Source of the DNA: a virus
Taxonomy: Duplodnaviria > Caudoviricetes
Strand: one strand, 5' to 3'
Length of the DNA: 35,548 nt
Virus record (IMG/VR): IMGVR_UViG_3300010376_000087
Coordinates: 1-35,548 of that record
Shown: piece after piece, positions 7,486 through 16,757 of the stretch
How the letters are laid out: each line of letters opens with the position of its first letter
Position numbering within the stretch: position 1 is the first letter of the stretch
Notes under the pieces: model-generated
What the model was told of the DNA's origin: nothing
Databases searched by the model: none
The model's input: the letters and a program-made list of their open reading frames with translations, nothing else
Program-made: the position numbers and the translations under genes

Positions 7486-7719
7486 ATGCGACTCACTGCG
7501 ACTCAGCGCAACAAGCTGCCGCGGAGCGCCTTCGTCTACCACGGCGGACCTCGGTCCAACTGGCGCTATCCGGTGCCGACCAAAGCCCAGGCTCGCAGGG
7601 CGGGCATCTCCGAAACCCAGCGCAAATCCATCCACGGGGCCGCCGTCAGCTACGGCGCCCGCAAGTCCACCCGCGGATCCAAGGCCACCATCAAGCGGGT
7701 CGTCAGCCGCCGCAAGTAG
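7486..7719 (+). CDS. Small basic protein (DUF6582-like)
   Basis: LTATQRNKLPRSAF...RYPVP motif; very Arg/Lys rich. Confidence 0.6.
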   Translation: MRLTATQRNKLPRSAFVYHGGPRSNWRYPVPTKAQARRAGISETQRKSIHGAAVSYGARKSTRGSKATIKRVVSRRK

Positions 7720-7767
7720 CTCCCTACCTCCGACGCCTTTCATGGCGTACCCTTGCGGGGCGTGACC

Positions 7768-8991
7768 ATGGTGGCAGCTGGTGGAGCGATAGCGCGGGTC
7801 AGCCTGCGGCGCGACGGCGGCCTTATCCCGCCCGCTGGTGTGGCCCCTTCCATGATGTACGGCGTCCCTGGCCCCTACGTCTTCGACGCCACCTCAGCCC
7901 GCAAGGTGCCAGCGGTCGGACGAGCCATCCAGCTGTACGGCGGCATGTGCAAACAGATGCCGCTCGACGCCTACCGAAATGGCTCGCTCCTACCACGACC
8001 CATGCTGCTGGCCCGGCCCGACCCCGACCGCGGACGGCCCTGGTTCGTCCAGTGCAACGTCGAGGACTACCTGCTCAATGGCAACGCCATCGCCTACGTG
8101 ACCAGCCGCGGGTCTGACGGCTGGCCCACGTCGCTGGTCTGGCTACCAGCCAGCTGGGTCTACATCCAGTGGACGCCGTCCATGGCCGAGGACGTCACCT
8201 ACTACTACGCCGCCTGGGGCAGCCAGCCGCTGAACAACGACGACGTCATCCACGTCCGCCGCGGCGCCGACCGCATGTACCCGGTACGGGGCGTGGGCGT
8301 CGTCGAGGAGCATCTGACCACCCTGGACCGGGCCGCAGCCGAGGAGGAGTACGAGACCAACACCCTCCAGGGCGCCGCGGTGCCGTCAGTGGCGGTCATC
8401 GCCCCTCAAGCCCAGATCGACGACACCGCTGCCGAGGCCGCCAAGGCCATGTGGGTCAGCAAGTTCGGCGGCTCCACCCGCGAGCCAGTCATCCTGCCCA
8501 ACGGCACCCAGGTCATCCCACTGGCCTGGTCGCCCAGCGACACCCAGCTGATCGAAGCCCGCAAGCTGACCCTGCTGGACATCGCCAACCTGTTCAACCT
8601 GGACGGCTACTGGCTGGGCGCCCCGGTGGCGGGCATGACCTACCGCACCGCCGGGCCGCAGTACCAGCAGATCCTACGGACGTCGATCGAGCCGGTCATA
8701 ACCGACTTCGAGGACGAGTGGAGCTACCGGCTGCTGCCCCGCGGCCAAACCATCCAGTTCGATCGCAACAAGCTGCTGGCCGACGACTTCGCCACCACCG
8801 CCAACGCCGTCGTGGCGCTGGTAACCGCCCACATCATCACCCCGCAACAGGGCTTTTCCCTCATGGGCCTGTCGGCCACCCTTCAGACCAAAGGCGGACC
8901 ATCCGACCCACCACCCGACCAACCCCCACAGCCACCGCCGCTACCCGACGCCCAGTCGGCGCCGCAGCCGGAAGGAGCGACCACGCCATGA
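7768..8991 (+). CDS. Portal protein (HK97 type)
   Basis: VPAVGRAIQL, YLLNGNAI, DVIHVR, DTQLIEARK, IANLFNL; position before protease and capsid; alternative start GTG 7762. Confidence 0.92.
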   Translation: MVAAGGAIARVSLRRDGGLIPPAGVAPSMMYGVPGPYVFDATSARKVPAVGRAIQLYGGMCKQMPLDAYRNGSLLPRPMLLARPDPDRGRPWFVQCNVEDYLLNGNAIAYVTSRGSDGWPTSLVWLPASWVYIQWTPSMAEDVTYYYAAWGSQPLNNDDVIHVRRGADRMYPVRGVGVVEEHLTTLDRAAAEEEYETNTLQGAAVPSVAVIAPQAQIDDTAAEAAKAMWVSKFGGSTREPVILPNGTQVIPLAWSPSDTQLIEARKLTLLDIANLFNLDGYWLGAPVAGMTYRTAGPQYQQILRTSIEPVITDFEDEWSYRLLPRGQTIQFDRNKLLADDFATTANAVVALVTAHIITPQQGFSLMGLSATLQTKGGPSDPPPDQPPQPPPLPDAQSAPQPEGATTP

Positions 8992-9599
8992 TCCCCATAC
9001 CAGAGGTGCGGATCTACCAGACCGGCCTGCAGCTGCGTGACACCCAGCTGGTCGGCAAGCCCTACAAGTACCTCGAAGGCCGCGCTGTGCCCTTCGAGGT
9101 CTGGGCTGACGTCGGCTGGTTCCTCGAACAGCATCTGCGCGGCAGCCTGGACCAGACCACCAAGGCGGGCAGCGGCCAGCGTCTGCCACTGCTGCTGTTC
9201 CACAACAACCGCTCATTTCCCATCGGATCGGCGGAAAGCTGGGACCACCAGGATGACGGGCTGCATGGCGTCTGGCGGCTGAACGAACTGCCGGAGGCTC
9301 AGCAGGCAGCCCAGCTGGCCGAAACGGGCGACCTCGGCTACCTGTCGATCGGCTTCCAACCGGTCAAGAGCAGCTGGGAATACGTCGATGACTGGAACCC
9401 CGACCTGGGGCCGGACCACAAGGACCGCGTGACCCGGCAGGAGTCGCGGCTGCTGGAGGTCAGCCTGACGCCCACACCGGCCTTCGCCGACGCCGAGGTG
9501 ACCATGGTCCGTTCCGCCGAGCGGCAGCGGCCACGGGGCGAGATGAAGGTCGACATCTGGCGCCGCGAACTGGACCGCATCAAGGCCGGTTCGCTGTGA
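8988..9599 (+). CDS. HK97-family prohead protease
   Basis: ATGA overlap with portal stop; LEGRAVPF, LLLFHN, LSIGF, LLEVSLTPTPAF. Confidence 0.9.
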   Translation: MIPIPEVRIYQTGLQLRDTQLVGKPYKYLEGRAVPFEVWADVGWFLEQHLRGSLDQTTKAGSGQRLPLLLFHNNRSFPIGSAESWDHQDDGLHGVWRLNELPEAQQAAQLAETGDLGYLSIGFQPVKSSWEYVDDWNPDLGPDHKDRVTRQESRLLEVSLTPTPAFADAEVTMVRSAERQRPRGEMKVDIWRRELDRIKAGSL

Positions 9600-9691
9600 G
9601 CCACCTGCAGGCGGGCGTCCTGGTCGTGGAGGTCGGCATCATCGCCATCGCCTACCTGGCCACCCTGATCGCTGGCTTCCGCCGACCATAA
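9596..9691 (+). CDS. 31-aa putative membrane peptide
   Basis: GTGA overlap; MSHLQAGVLVVEVGIIAIAYLATLIAGFRRP has a single hydrophobic helix. Confidence 0.55.
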   Translation: MSHLQAGVLVVEVGIIAIAYLATLIAGFRRP

Positions 9692-9694
9692 CTC

Positions 9695-10017
9695 GCGCCC
9701 ACTGCGCTCCGCGGTTTTTCAAGGCCCACTGCGACCCGCTGCATAAACCACTGCCGCGGCTGCATTATGCAACCCAGGCCTGCATAGCCAGCCTAGAACG
9801 CCTCTAGATTCCGACCGGGCGCAGGCTTCGTTGGGGAGGAGTAAGCCAGCGTCCGAGCGTGCCACCTCTGGTCGTACGTTTGTTCAACTTGCCACCTAAG
9901 CCATTCCTACTGCGTTACGGGGTGAGTGTGGGTGGGCTGGCATCGCCCCCAAAGCGGTCCCTGTACGCCCTCTATAGCTGCGCCTTCTGCTGCCGGTTGC
10001 GTGATAGACGTCTATCA
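9695..10017. repeat. ~300-bp diverged intergenic repeat, copy B
   Basis: Core 9857-9902 matches 2298-2343 at 44/46 nt; same block order; ends in the palindrome. Confidence 0.85.
10002..10017. repeat. 16-bp palindrome copy 5
   Basis: Exact copy upstream of the capsid gene. Confidence 0.97.
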
Positions 10018-10216
10018 GCTACCTTCCGCCCCACATAGCCACGACCGCGGCCAACCCGTCCGAGGCCGGGCTGAGGCCGAGGAACAGCCGGACGTGCCAG
10101 CCGTCGAGGCGGCGCCCACTGAGTCCTCACCTACCAGCCCACCTGACTGAGACAGTTGAGCGCCCTGCATCTGCGCTAGCCGTAGCCCTTCGTCTGACCT
10201 CAGGAGGTCTGCCGCC

Positions 10217-11602
10217 ATGGCACGAAACATTGTCCTGCAACGCCTACTCGACGAGCGGGACACCCTCGTCGACACCATCGAGAACGTGCTGATGCAGGTC
10301 GAAGGCCGCGACCTGACCGACGCTGAACAGCAGGTGCTGGAACGGACGCGTGAGCGCATCAAGGAGCTTGACGCCCAGATCAAGCCACTAGAGGAGTACG
10401 AGCGGGTCCGCGACGCCCACCGTGACACCCGCGCCGACCTGGCGCCGGTGCCGCCACCGCCCAACGGTCGGGTGCCGGACCGCGTGCCTGCCGAGCCGCG
10501 CCGCATGGACGGCATCGACCCCAACGCCCCCACCTACCGCAGCGCCGGTGCCTACGTCGTCGACTACCTGCGGGCCTTCGGCATGATGGAGCGCGGCGTC
10601 CGCGACGAGTCAGCCATGGCACGGGTGGTCCAGAGCCGTGCCGTCGCCGACCAGAAAACCACCGACAGCACCGGCATCCTGCCCACCCCCATCGTCGGGT
10701 CCGTCGTCAACCTCATCGACGCCACCCGCCCCTTCATCTCCAGCCTGGGCGGCAGCAAACCAATGGGCGGCATCCCCGGCGCCACCTTCACCCGGCCCAA
10801 GATCACCCAGCACACCACGGTCGGCCAGCAGGTCCCGGCAGGCGGCGCAGGCGAGAAGACCCAGCTGCCGTCGCAGAAGATGGTCGTCAGCCCGGTCAGC
10901 TTCTCCAAGAACACCTACGGCGGCACCGTCGACATCAGCCGCCAGGACATCGACTGGACCGACCCATCGGCCTGGGACATCCTCATCAGCGACCTGGCCA
11001 ACGTCTACGCCGTCCAGACCGAGACGGCCTGTTCCGCGGCCTTCAAGGCGGCAGCCACCGCCACGCCGGTCGCGGTAGCCACCAACGACCTCAAGGGCTG
11101 GACCCTGGCCCTCTACACCGCGGCCATGCACAGCTACTCCGGCGGCCTCCAGATGCCCGACCGGATCTGGTGCAGCCTCGACGTCTGGGCCGCCCTCGGC
11201 TCGCTGGTCGACGTGGCCCGCGTGGCCATCCCGGTCGACACCGCCCGCGAGATGGGCGCACCGGGCACCTCGTCCATCGCCAACTTCTCCGGCGACATGC
11301 TGGGCGTGCCCCGGATCGTCTGCCCGACCTTTGCCTCCGGGACCTGCATCGTCGGACCCTCCGGCCTCTACGAGGTCTACGAGGAGGTCATCGGGCTGTT
11401 GAGCGTCATCGAACCGTCCATCCTGGGCGTGCAGGTGGCCTACGGCGGCTACCTGGCCCAGGGCAGCCTGGCCGCCCCGGCCTTCATCCCGCTGACCATG
11501 CCGTCCGGCATGCCCACCGCCCTCGACACCGGCCCGGTCGACGCCCCCGCCGACGCCGACGCGCCAGCAGCCCCCAGCGGCAGGGCCGCCAAGCAGGCCT
11601 AA
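10217..11602 (+). CDS. Major capsid protein (HK97 fold, N-terminal coiled-coil delta domain)
   Basis: AGGAGG SD; N-terminal coiled coil (RDLTDAE); GILPTP, GEKT, YGGTVDISRQ, MLGVP. Confidence 0.92.
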   Translation: MARNIVLQRLLDERDTLVDTIENVLMQVEGRDLTDAEQQVLERTRERIKELDAQIKPLEEYERVRDAHRDTRADLAPVPPPPNGRVPDRVPAEPRRMDGIDPNAPTYRSAGAYVVDYLRAFGMMERGVRDESAMARVVQSRAVADQKTTDSTGILPTPIVGSVVNLIDATRPFISSLGGSKPMGGIPGATFTRPKITQHTTVGQQVPAGGAGEKTQLPSQKMVVSPVSFSKNTYGGTVDISRQDIDWTDPSAWDILISDLANVYAVQTETACSAAFKAAATATPVAVATNDLKGWTLALYTAAMHSYSGGLQMPDRIWCSLDVWAALGSLVDVARVAIPVDTAREMGAPGTSSIANFSGDMLGVPRIVCPTFASGTCIVGPSGLYEVYEEVIGLLSVIEPSILGVQVAYGGYLAQGSLAAPAFIPLTMPSGMPTALDTGPVDAPADADAPAAPSGRAAKQA

Positions 11603-11604
11603 CC

Positions 11605-12018
11605 ATGTCGTGGACCCTCAAGTCACGCGGCAGCTGGGGCGAGGCCACCAGCAGCGCCCCCGGTACCGACTTCCCGGCAGTCCTAGCCCTGCCGGGAAGC
11701 TGGCACTGGTTCCCCGGCGCCACGACACTGCTGGTCCGCAAGGACCAGTGGCCGTCGCTGGCCGCTCCACCCGTCATCGACGCCATCACCCCCATCACCG
11801 GCCCAGCCGCTGGCGGGACCGGCGTGACGCTGACCGGGTCGGGCTTCTCGGGGACGACCGGCGTGACCTTCGGCGGCACCGCCGCTACCGGCCTCATCGT
11901 CAACGACCCCGGCACCGTGACCTGCATCACCCCGGCCCATGCGGCTGGGGCGGTGCCAGTCGTACTCCAGAACCCCCGCGGCAACGTCACCGCGGCTGAG
12001 CAGTACGCCTACGTCTGA
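11605..12018 (+). CDS. IPT/TIG (Ig-like) domain virion protein, possible decoration protein
   Basis: PVIDAITPITGPAAGGTGVTLTGSGF...VTFGG...ITPAHAAGAVPV. Confidence 0.8.
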   Translation: MSWTLKSRGSWGEATSSAPGTDFPAVLALPGSWHWFPGATTLLVRKDQWPSLAAPPVIDAITPITGPAAGGTGVTLTGSGFSGTTGVTFGGTAATGLIVNDPGTVTCITPAHAAGAVPVVLQNPRGNVTAAEQYAYV

Positions 12019-12395
12019 TGTCGGCCTGGCCAACGCTCAAGGAGGTCCGCGGCCTGCTGCGCCTGCAGCCGGACGCCACCGAGGACGGGTACATCCAGAC
12101 GGCGTTGGCCGCCGCCATCGACTACGGCATGCGGGCCATGGGCGCCAACGTGACCATCGTCACCAACAGCGACGGCACCCAGACCATCACCGGCACCCCC
12201 ATCTACCCGATCGACACCACCCTGCTACCAGACGGCGCCCACCAGGCCTGCCTGCTGCATGCCGCCCGGCTGTACCGCCGCCGCGACTCCATCGACGGGA
12301 CACTGGGCTTCGGCGATCTGGGCGTGGTCCGGGTCGGTCGTACCGACGCCGACGTCTTTGCCCTCTACGGCACCTACCGAGTCGGCTTCGCGTGA
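12018..12395 (+). CDS. Head-tail adaptor (gp6/gp15-like)
   Basis: WPTLKEVR...ACLLHAARLYRRRDS; synteny. Confidence 0.8.
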   Translation: MSAWPTLKEVRGLLRLQPDATEDGYIQTALAAAIDYGMRAMGANVTIVTNSDGTQTITGTPIYPIDTTLLPDGAHQACLLHAARLYRRRDSIDGTLGFGDLGVVRVGRTDADVFALYGTYRVGFA

Positions 12396-12784
12396 GTTGG
12401 GACCGCTCCGTGGCTGCCCCCGCGCTCGCCCAGGCCATCACCGACGCCGCCACAGCGGCAGGCTCACTGGCCACCGTCTTCGAGAAGCCGCCCGGCACCC
12501 TCAACCCACCAGCCATCGTCGTCGGGCGGCCCTCCGAGGTCCGCTACGGCGTGGCCGCCCTCGGCATCGACGAGTGCGATCTGCCGGTGCTCTGCCTCGG
12601 GCCGATGGACGGCGAGGACGACGTGGCCGCCCTCATCACCCTGGTCCGCAAAGCCATCACGGATCCTCAACTGGGCGGGGCTGTCCAGACCGCCTACCCG
12701 GCCATCGAACGCAACTGGCGGCAAGTCAACGTGGCCGGGACCGACCTGCTCCAAGCCGAAGTCAGCTTCGTCATTCTCATGTAG
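12392..12784 (+). CDS. Tail terminator or neck protein
   Basis: GTGA overlap; PPGTLNPPAIVVG motif; between adaptor and major tail. Confidence 0.65.
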   Translation: MSWDRSVAAPALAQAITDAATAAGSLATVFEKPPGTLNPPAIVVGRPSEVRYGVAALGIDECDLPVLCLGPMDGEDDVAALITLVRKAITDPQLGGAVQTAYPAIERNWRQVNVAGTDLLQAEVSFVILM

Positions 12785-12797
12785 CCAGGAGGCAGCC

Positions 12798-13517
12798 ATG
12801 ACCGATACCGACGTCCTCGAACCCACCTTCGGCAACGGCGGCAACGGGCCACCCACGGTCGGCCTGACCGCCGCTGGCGACCCGGTCCCGCCCACCGCCA
12901 ATCCGCTCATTCTCAACGACGCCTACTTCGAGCTAACCGGCGTCAACCTGCGCTGCCTGGTCAAACACCTCGAAGTCAGCCCGGAGAACAAGCCGGTGAC
13001 GGTGACCAGCTTCTGCGCCGAGACGGACTACCCCGGCGTGACCAAGTGGCACCTGCGAGTGACCTTCTACCAGAGCTTCGACTCCGGAGCGGTCTACGCC
13101 ACCCTCAACGCCGCCTACCAGGCCTACGTGGCCAGCGGCACCCCGGCTCAGTTCCGCGCCCGGCCCTACTCCAGCAAGGTCGCCTCAGCCACCAACCCCA
13201 TCATCTCGGGCTACGCCATCCCGCAGCCGTTCGACCTCATCATCGGGGACGCCGGGGCGGCCAGCGAGGTGCCGATCGACTGGAACCTGACCGCCGTGCC
13301 CACCGTCGACACCGGCAGCGTGGCCGCCACAGGCGCCACCTCGGGCGCGCCGGGCTACTACTCGCCTTCGGGTGCCCAGACCCCGGCCAACCTGGCTGCC
13401 CTGACCGGCGTGACGGCCACGCCCGCCGCCGCCTGGGCCACCGGTCAGTACGTCATCACCGCCGACCTGCTGGCCGCTCACTGGACCGGCGCAGCCTGGG
13501 CCGCTGGCAAGGCGTAG
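12798..13517 (+). CDS. Major tail protein
   Basis: AGGAGG SD; beta-rich core (ILNDAYFELTGVNL...VTSFC...WHLRVTFYQSF); Ala-rich C-terminal extension; synteny. Confidence 0.75.
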   Translation: MTDTDVLEPTFGNGGNGPPTVGLTAAGDPVPPTANPLILNDAYFELTGVNLRCLVKHLEVSPENKPVTVTSFCAETDYPGVTKWHLRVTFYQSFDSGAVYATLNAAYQAYVASGTPAQFRARPYSSKVASATNPIISGYAIPQPFDLIIGDAGAASEVPIDWNLTAVPTVDTGSVAATGATSGAPGYYSPSGAQTPANLAALTGVTATPAAAWATGQYVITADLLAAHWTGAAWAAGKA

Positions 13518-13973
13518 GTGGCCGCCAAGACCAAGACCGTCGTCGAGGCACAGGTCGTGGGCATCCAGGCTCTGACCCGCGACCTGCTCCGGCTGGCCGA
13601 CGAACATTCCGGCCAGCTGCTGCCCTACCTGCAGCGAGCCGCCATGCAGGCCATGTACCCGATCGCCGACGCCACCCGCGGTGCGCTGCCCCATCTAACC
13701 GGGCGGTTGGCCGGGACGGTCCGCGTGGCCAAGTCCCGCACCGGCGCCTCAGTGCGGGAGGGCGGGATCCACGGCGTCGTCTACGCCGGGCCGGTCGACT
13801 TCGGTGGCTACCCCGACGATCGCCCCTACCTGCCCAACGGTCGCTACCTGTTCCCCACCGCCCAGAAGCTGTCCAGCAAAGCGGAGAGCATCTACAACGT
13901 GGCCGTGGCTAAGGCGCTGGAGGGCATGGTCTGGACCAACACCACCTCGACCCCTGGAGCGGTCCATGACTGA
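13518..13973 (+). CDS. HK97 gp10-like neck or tail-completion protein
   Basis: VVGIQAL...PHLTGRLA...VYAGPVDFG...RYLFP. Confidence 0.7.
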   Translation: MAAKTKTVVEAQVVGIQALTRDLLRLADEHSGQLLPYLQRAAMQAMYPIADATRGALPHLTGRLAGTVRVAKSRTGASVREGGIHGVVYAGPVDFGGYPDDRPYLPNGRYLFPTAQKLSSKAESIYNVAVAKALEGMVWTNTTSTPGAVHD

Positions 13974-14352
13974 CGCTGGCTTCCCACCGGCCCCACCGCC
14001 GGAGCGCAACTTCATCGACGACGTCGGTGATAGACGTCTATCACCCGACAGCGACCTGGGGCCGCTGCCCACCGTCATCGAAATCTCCACTGCGTTCGCC
14101 TCCCGCATGCCATCCCAGCGCGTCATCGACCTGCTCAAACACGTCGAGCCGGACCAGAACTTCAGCGAAATCGCCGAGAACCAGCCACCCCGGCTGCTGG
14201 CTTTTCGGGCGCTGCTGCGGGACCACCCCAACCGCGACACCACCTCCCTCTGGCTGCACGCCTACGACTGCGAGGTGGCCCTACAGGACGTGGACCCTAC
14301 GAACGGCAAGTCGCCGACGCCATGGCCTCCTTCTGTGCCTACTACCACATGA
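13966..14352 (+). CDS. Tail assembly chaperone (gpG-like)
   Basis: Immediately upstream of the tape measure gene; ends ...DVDPT... with an overlapping -1 frame ORF. Confidence 0.7.
   Translation: MTDAGFPPAPPPERNFIDDVGDRRLSPDSDLGPLPTVIEISTAFASRMPSQRVIDLLKHVEPDQNFSEIAENQPPRLLAFRALLRDHPNRDTTSLWLHAYDCEVALQDVDPTNGKSPTPWPPSVPTTT
14028..14043. repeat. 16-bp palindrome copy 6 (intragenic)
   Basis: Exact copy, encodes DRRLS in the chaperone N-terminus. Confidence 0.97.
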
Positions 14353-14468
14353 AGCCTGACGAGGCCGATGGCCTGCCCGACGTGATGTGGGACGCCATGG
14401 TTCGCCACATGCAAGCCGAGGCAGCGGCCATCGAGAAGGCCAACCGCCAGACGCAAACCAGGAGGTGA
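14292..14468 (+). CDS. -1 frameshift extension of the tail assembly chaperone (gpGT-like)
   Basis: The -1 frame from GGACCCTAC reads PYERQVADAMASFCAYYHMKPDEADGLPDVMWDAMVRHMQAEAAAIEKANRQTQTRR, stopping 3 nt before the tape measure start. Confidence 0.65.
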   Translation, partial: GPYERQVADAMASFCAYYHMKPDEADGLPDVMWDAMVRHMQAEAAAIEKANRQTQTRR

Positions 14469-14471
14469 GCC

Positions 14472-16757
14472 GTGCCTGGCCCCTCGGTCATGGTGCGGAT
14501 CCTCGGCGATCTGTCCGGCCTCGCCAACGCCTTCAAGTCCGCCGCCACCACCGGGGCCAAAGTTGGCTCCGGACTGCATGACGCCATCAGTCCGGCGCTA
14601 GCCGCCCTCAACCAGACCGGCGTCCTCGGCCCCTTCACCGAGGCGCTGGACGGCGTCGACCAGTCCATCCAGACCATCAAGACCCACATCCACGACATCC
14701 CGCTGGCCCTGGTCGGGGTCGGCGCAGGCGTGGCCGCGGTCGGCACCGCCCTGTCCTTCGCCGGGTCCAAGGACCAGCAGGCCCACGCCCAGCTGCAGGC
14801 TGCGGTCCAGGCCACCGGCAAGAGCTACGACACCTATGCCGACCAGATCGAAGCGGCCATCAAGCACCAGGAGCATTTCGGCAGCACCGCAGCCCAGACC
14901 CAGGACGCCCTCCGCATCCTGACCCAGGCCACCAACGACCCGGCCAAAGCCCTGCAGCTGCTGAACACCGCCACCGACCTGGCTGCCGCCAAGCACGAAA
15001 GCCTGACCTCTGCCTCTACCCAGCTGGCGCGGGGCTACAACGGCGCGACCAAGGTCTTCAAGGAGTTCGGCATCCAGGTCACCACGACCACCAAGCTGAC
15101 CTCGGAGATGACCAAGGCCACCGGCGAGGTCACCCGCGCCGACAACAACGCCGCCACGGCCAAGCAGAAGCTGAGCGACCTCATGGCCGAACTGTCGGCC
15201 AAGGGCAAGATCAGCCTGGCCGACCAGGTCAAACTGGCCCAGGCCCAGGCCGCGGTGACCAAGGCCGAGGAGGACGGCCACAAGAAGGTCAAGGGCAGCG
15301 CCAAGGAACTGGCCACCGCCCAGGAACGGCTGGCCCTGGTCCAGGCCCAGGTAGCCGACAAGACCAAGCTGTCGGTGGCCGACCAGATCAAACTCCACGA
15401 AGCCCAGCAGAAAGTCACCACCACCACCGCGGCCCAGCGCAAGGCCCACGAAGACCTCAAGCAGGCCCAGCAGGACACCGCCAACGCCACTCTGGCCAAC
15501 GGCAAGGCCATGGACATCCTGGGCCAGAAGCTCAAGGGCCAGGCCGCCGCTGCCGCCGACACCTTCACCGGCAAGCTCAAGGACATCAAGGCCCACATCG
15601 AGGACCAGGTCGCCACCCTCGGCCAGAAGTACGGCCCGGCCCTACAGGGCGCGGGTGCGGCCATGGCCGGGCTGGGCACCGCCATGAAGATCGGCCAGAC
15701 GGCCATGAAGGCGGCCAAGGACGCCGCCCTCGGCACCCGCATCGAACTGGCCGCCCTCAGCGCCTGGGAGAAGATCACCGCCGCTGCCACTTTCATCCTC
15801 GACGCCGCCATGGACGCCAACCCGCTGGTCCTCATCGCCCTGGCCGTGGTGGCCCTGGTCGGGGTCATCATCCTGCTGGTCACCCACGTCAAGATCGTGC
15901 GCGACGCCTTCCTCGACCTCTGGAAGTGGGTCAAAGCGGCCTGGAACGGCATCTGGCAGGCCATTCTTTTCGTCTGGGACTGGATCAAGAAGAACTGGCC
16001 GCTGCTGCTGGGCATCCTCCTCGGCCCCATAGCCCTGGCCGCCGCGCTCATCTACAAGTACTGGGACCAGATCAAGAAGGCCGCCAAGGCCGTCGTCGAC
16101 TACATCGTGTCGATCTGGAACGGGCTGGTCGGCTTCTTCTCCGGCATACCCGGCCGACTGTGGGCGGTGGCCTCCGGTGCCTGGAACTTCCTGTCCAACG
16201 AGGCCAGCACCGTCTACGGCTGGATCGTCAACACCTGGAACGCCATGATCCGCTGGGTCGCTGGCATACCCGGCGACATCGCCCGCGCCATGTCCGGTAT
16301 GTGGAACTTCCTGTCCAGCCAGTTCACCACCGTCTGGGGCTGGATCCAGGGCACCTGGGGCCGCATGTGGGGCTGGATCGTCAGCCTGCCCGGTGCCGTG
16401 GCCCGCGCCCTCGGTGGGATGTGGAACGTCATGGCCTCAGCCATGCGGGCGGCCCTCAACTGGGTCATCGACATCTGGAACAGCCTGCACTTCAAGATCG
16501 GCGGCTGGCACGTCGGCCCGGTCAGCCTGCCCACCGTGACCATCGGCATGCCCACCATTCCCCACCTGGCCCAGGGCGGGCTGATGACGCAGAGCGGGCT
16601 GGTCTTCGCCCACGCAGGCGAGGTCATCACGCCTGCCCCGGCCGCCACCCACCGCGGCCCGGTGGTCCACATCGACAACGCCCACTTCAAGGAGACGCTG
16701 GACGTGGAGGCCTTCATGCGCCGCGTAGCCTGGGTCGCAACCGCCAAGGCCATGTGA
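14472..16757 (+). CDS. Tape measure protein
   Basis: 761 aa; Ala/Lys helical; ANPLVLIALAVVALV hydrophobic segment; Trp-periodic repeats; PHLAQGG...AGEVI C-terminus. Confidence 0.92.
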   Translation: MPGPSVMVRILGDLSGLANAFKSAATTGAKVGSGLHDAISPALAALNQTGVLGPFTEALDGVDQSIQTIKTHIHDIPLALVGVGAGVAAVGTALSFAGSKDQQAHAQLQAAVQATGKSYDTYADQIEAAIKHQEHFGSTAAQTQDALRILTQATNDPAKALQLLNTATDLAAAKHESLTSASTQLARGYNGATKVFKEFGIQVTTTTKLTSEMTKATGEVTRADNNAATAKQKLSDLMAELSAKGKISLADQVKLAQAQAAVTKAEEDGHKKVKGSAKELATAQERLALVQAQVADKTKLSVADQIKLHEAQQKVTTTTAAQRKAHEDLKQAQQDTANATLANGKAMDILGQKLKGQAAAAADTFTGKLKDIKAHIEDQVATLGQKYGPALQGAGAAMAGLGTAMKIGQTAMKAAKDAALGTRIELAALSAWEKITAAATFILDAAMDANPLVLIALAVVALVGVIILLVTHVKIVRDAFLDLWKWVKAAWNGIWQAILFVWDWIKKNWPLLLGILLGPIALAAALIYKYWDQIKKAAKAVVDYIVSIWNGLVGFFSGIPGRLWAVASGAWNFLSNEASTVYGWIVNTWNAMIRWVAGIPGDIARAMSGMWNFLSSQFTTVWGWIQGTWGRMWGWIVSLPGAVARALGGMWNVMASAMRAALNWVIDIWNSLHFKIGGWHVGPVSLPTVTIGMPTIPHLAQGGLMTQSGLVFAHAGEVITPAPAATHRGPVVHIDNAHFKETLDVEAFMRRVAWVATAKAM

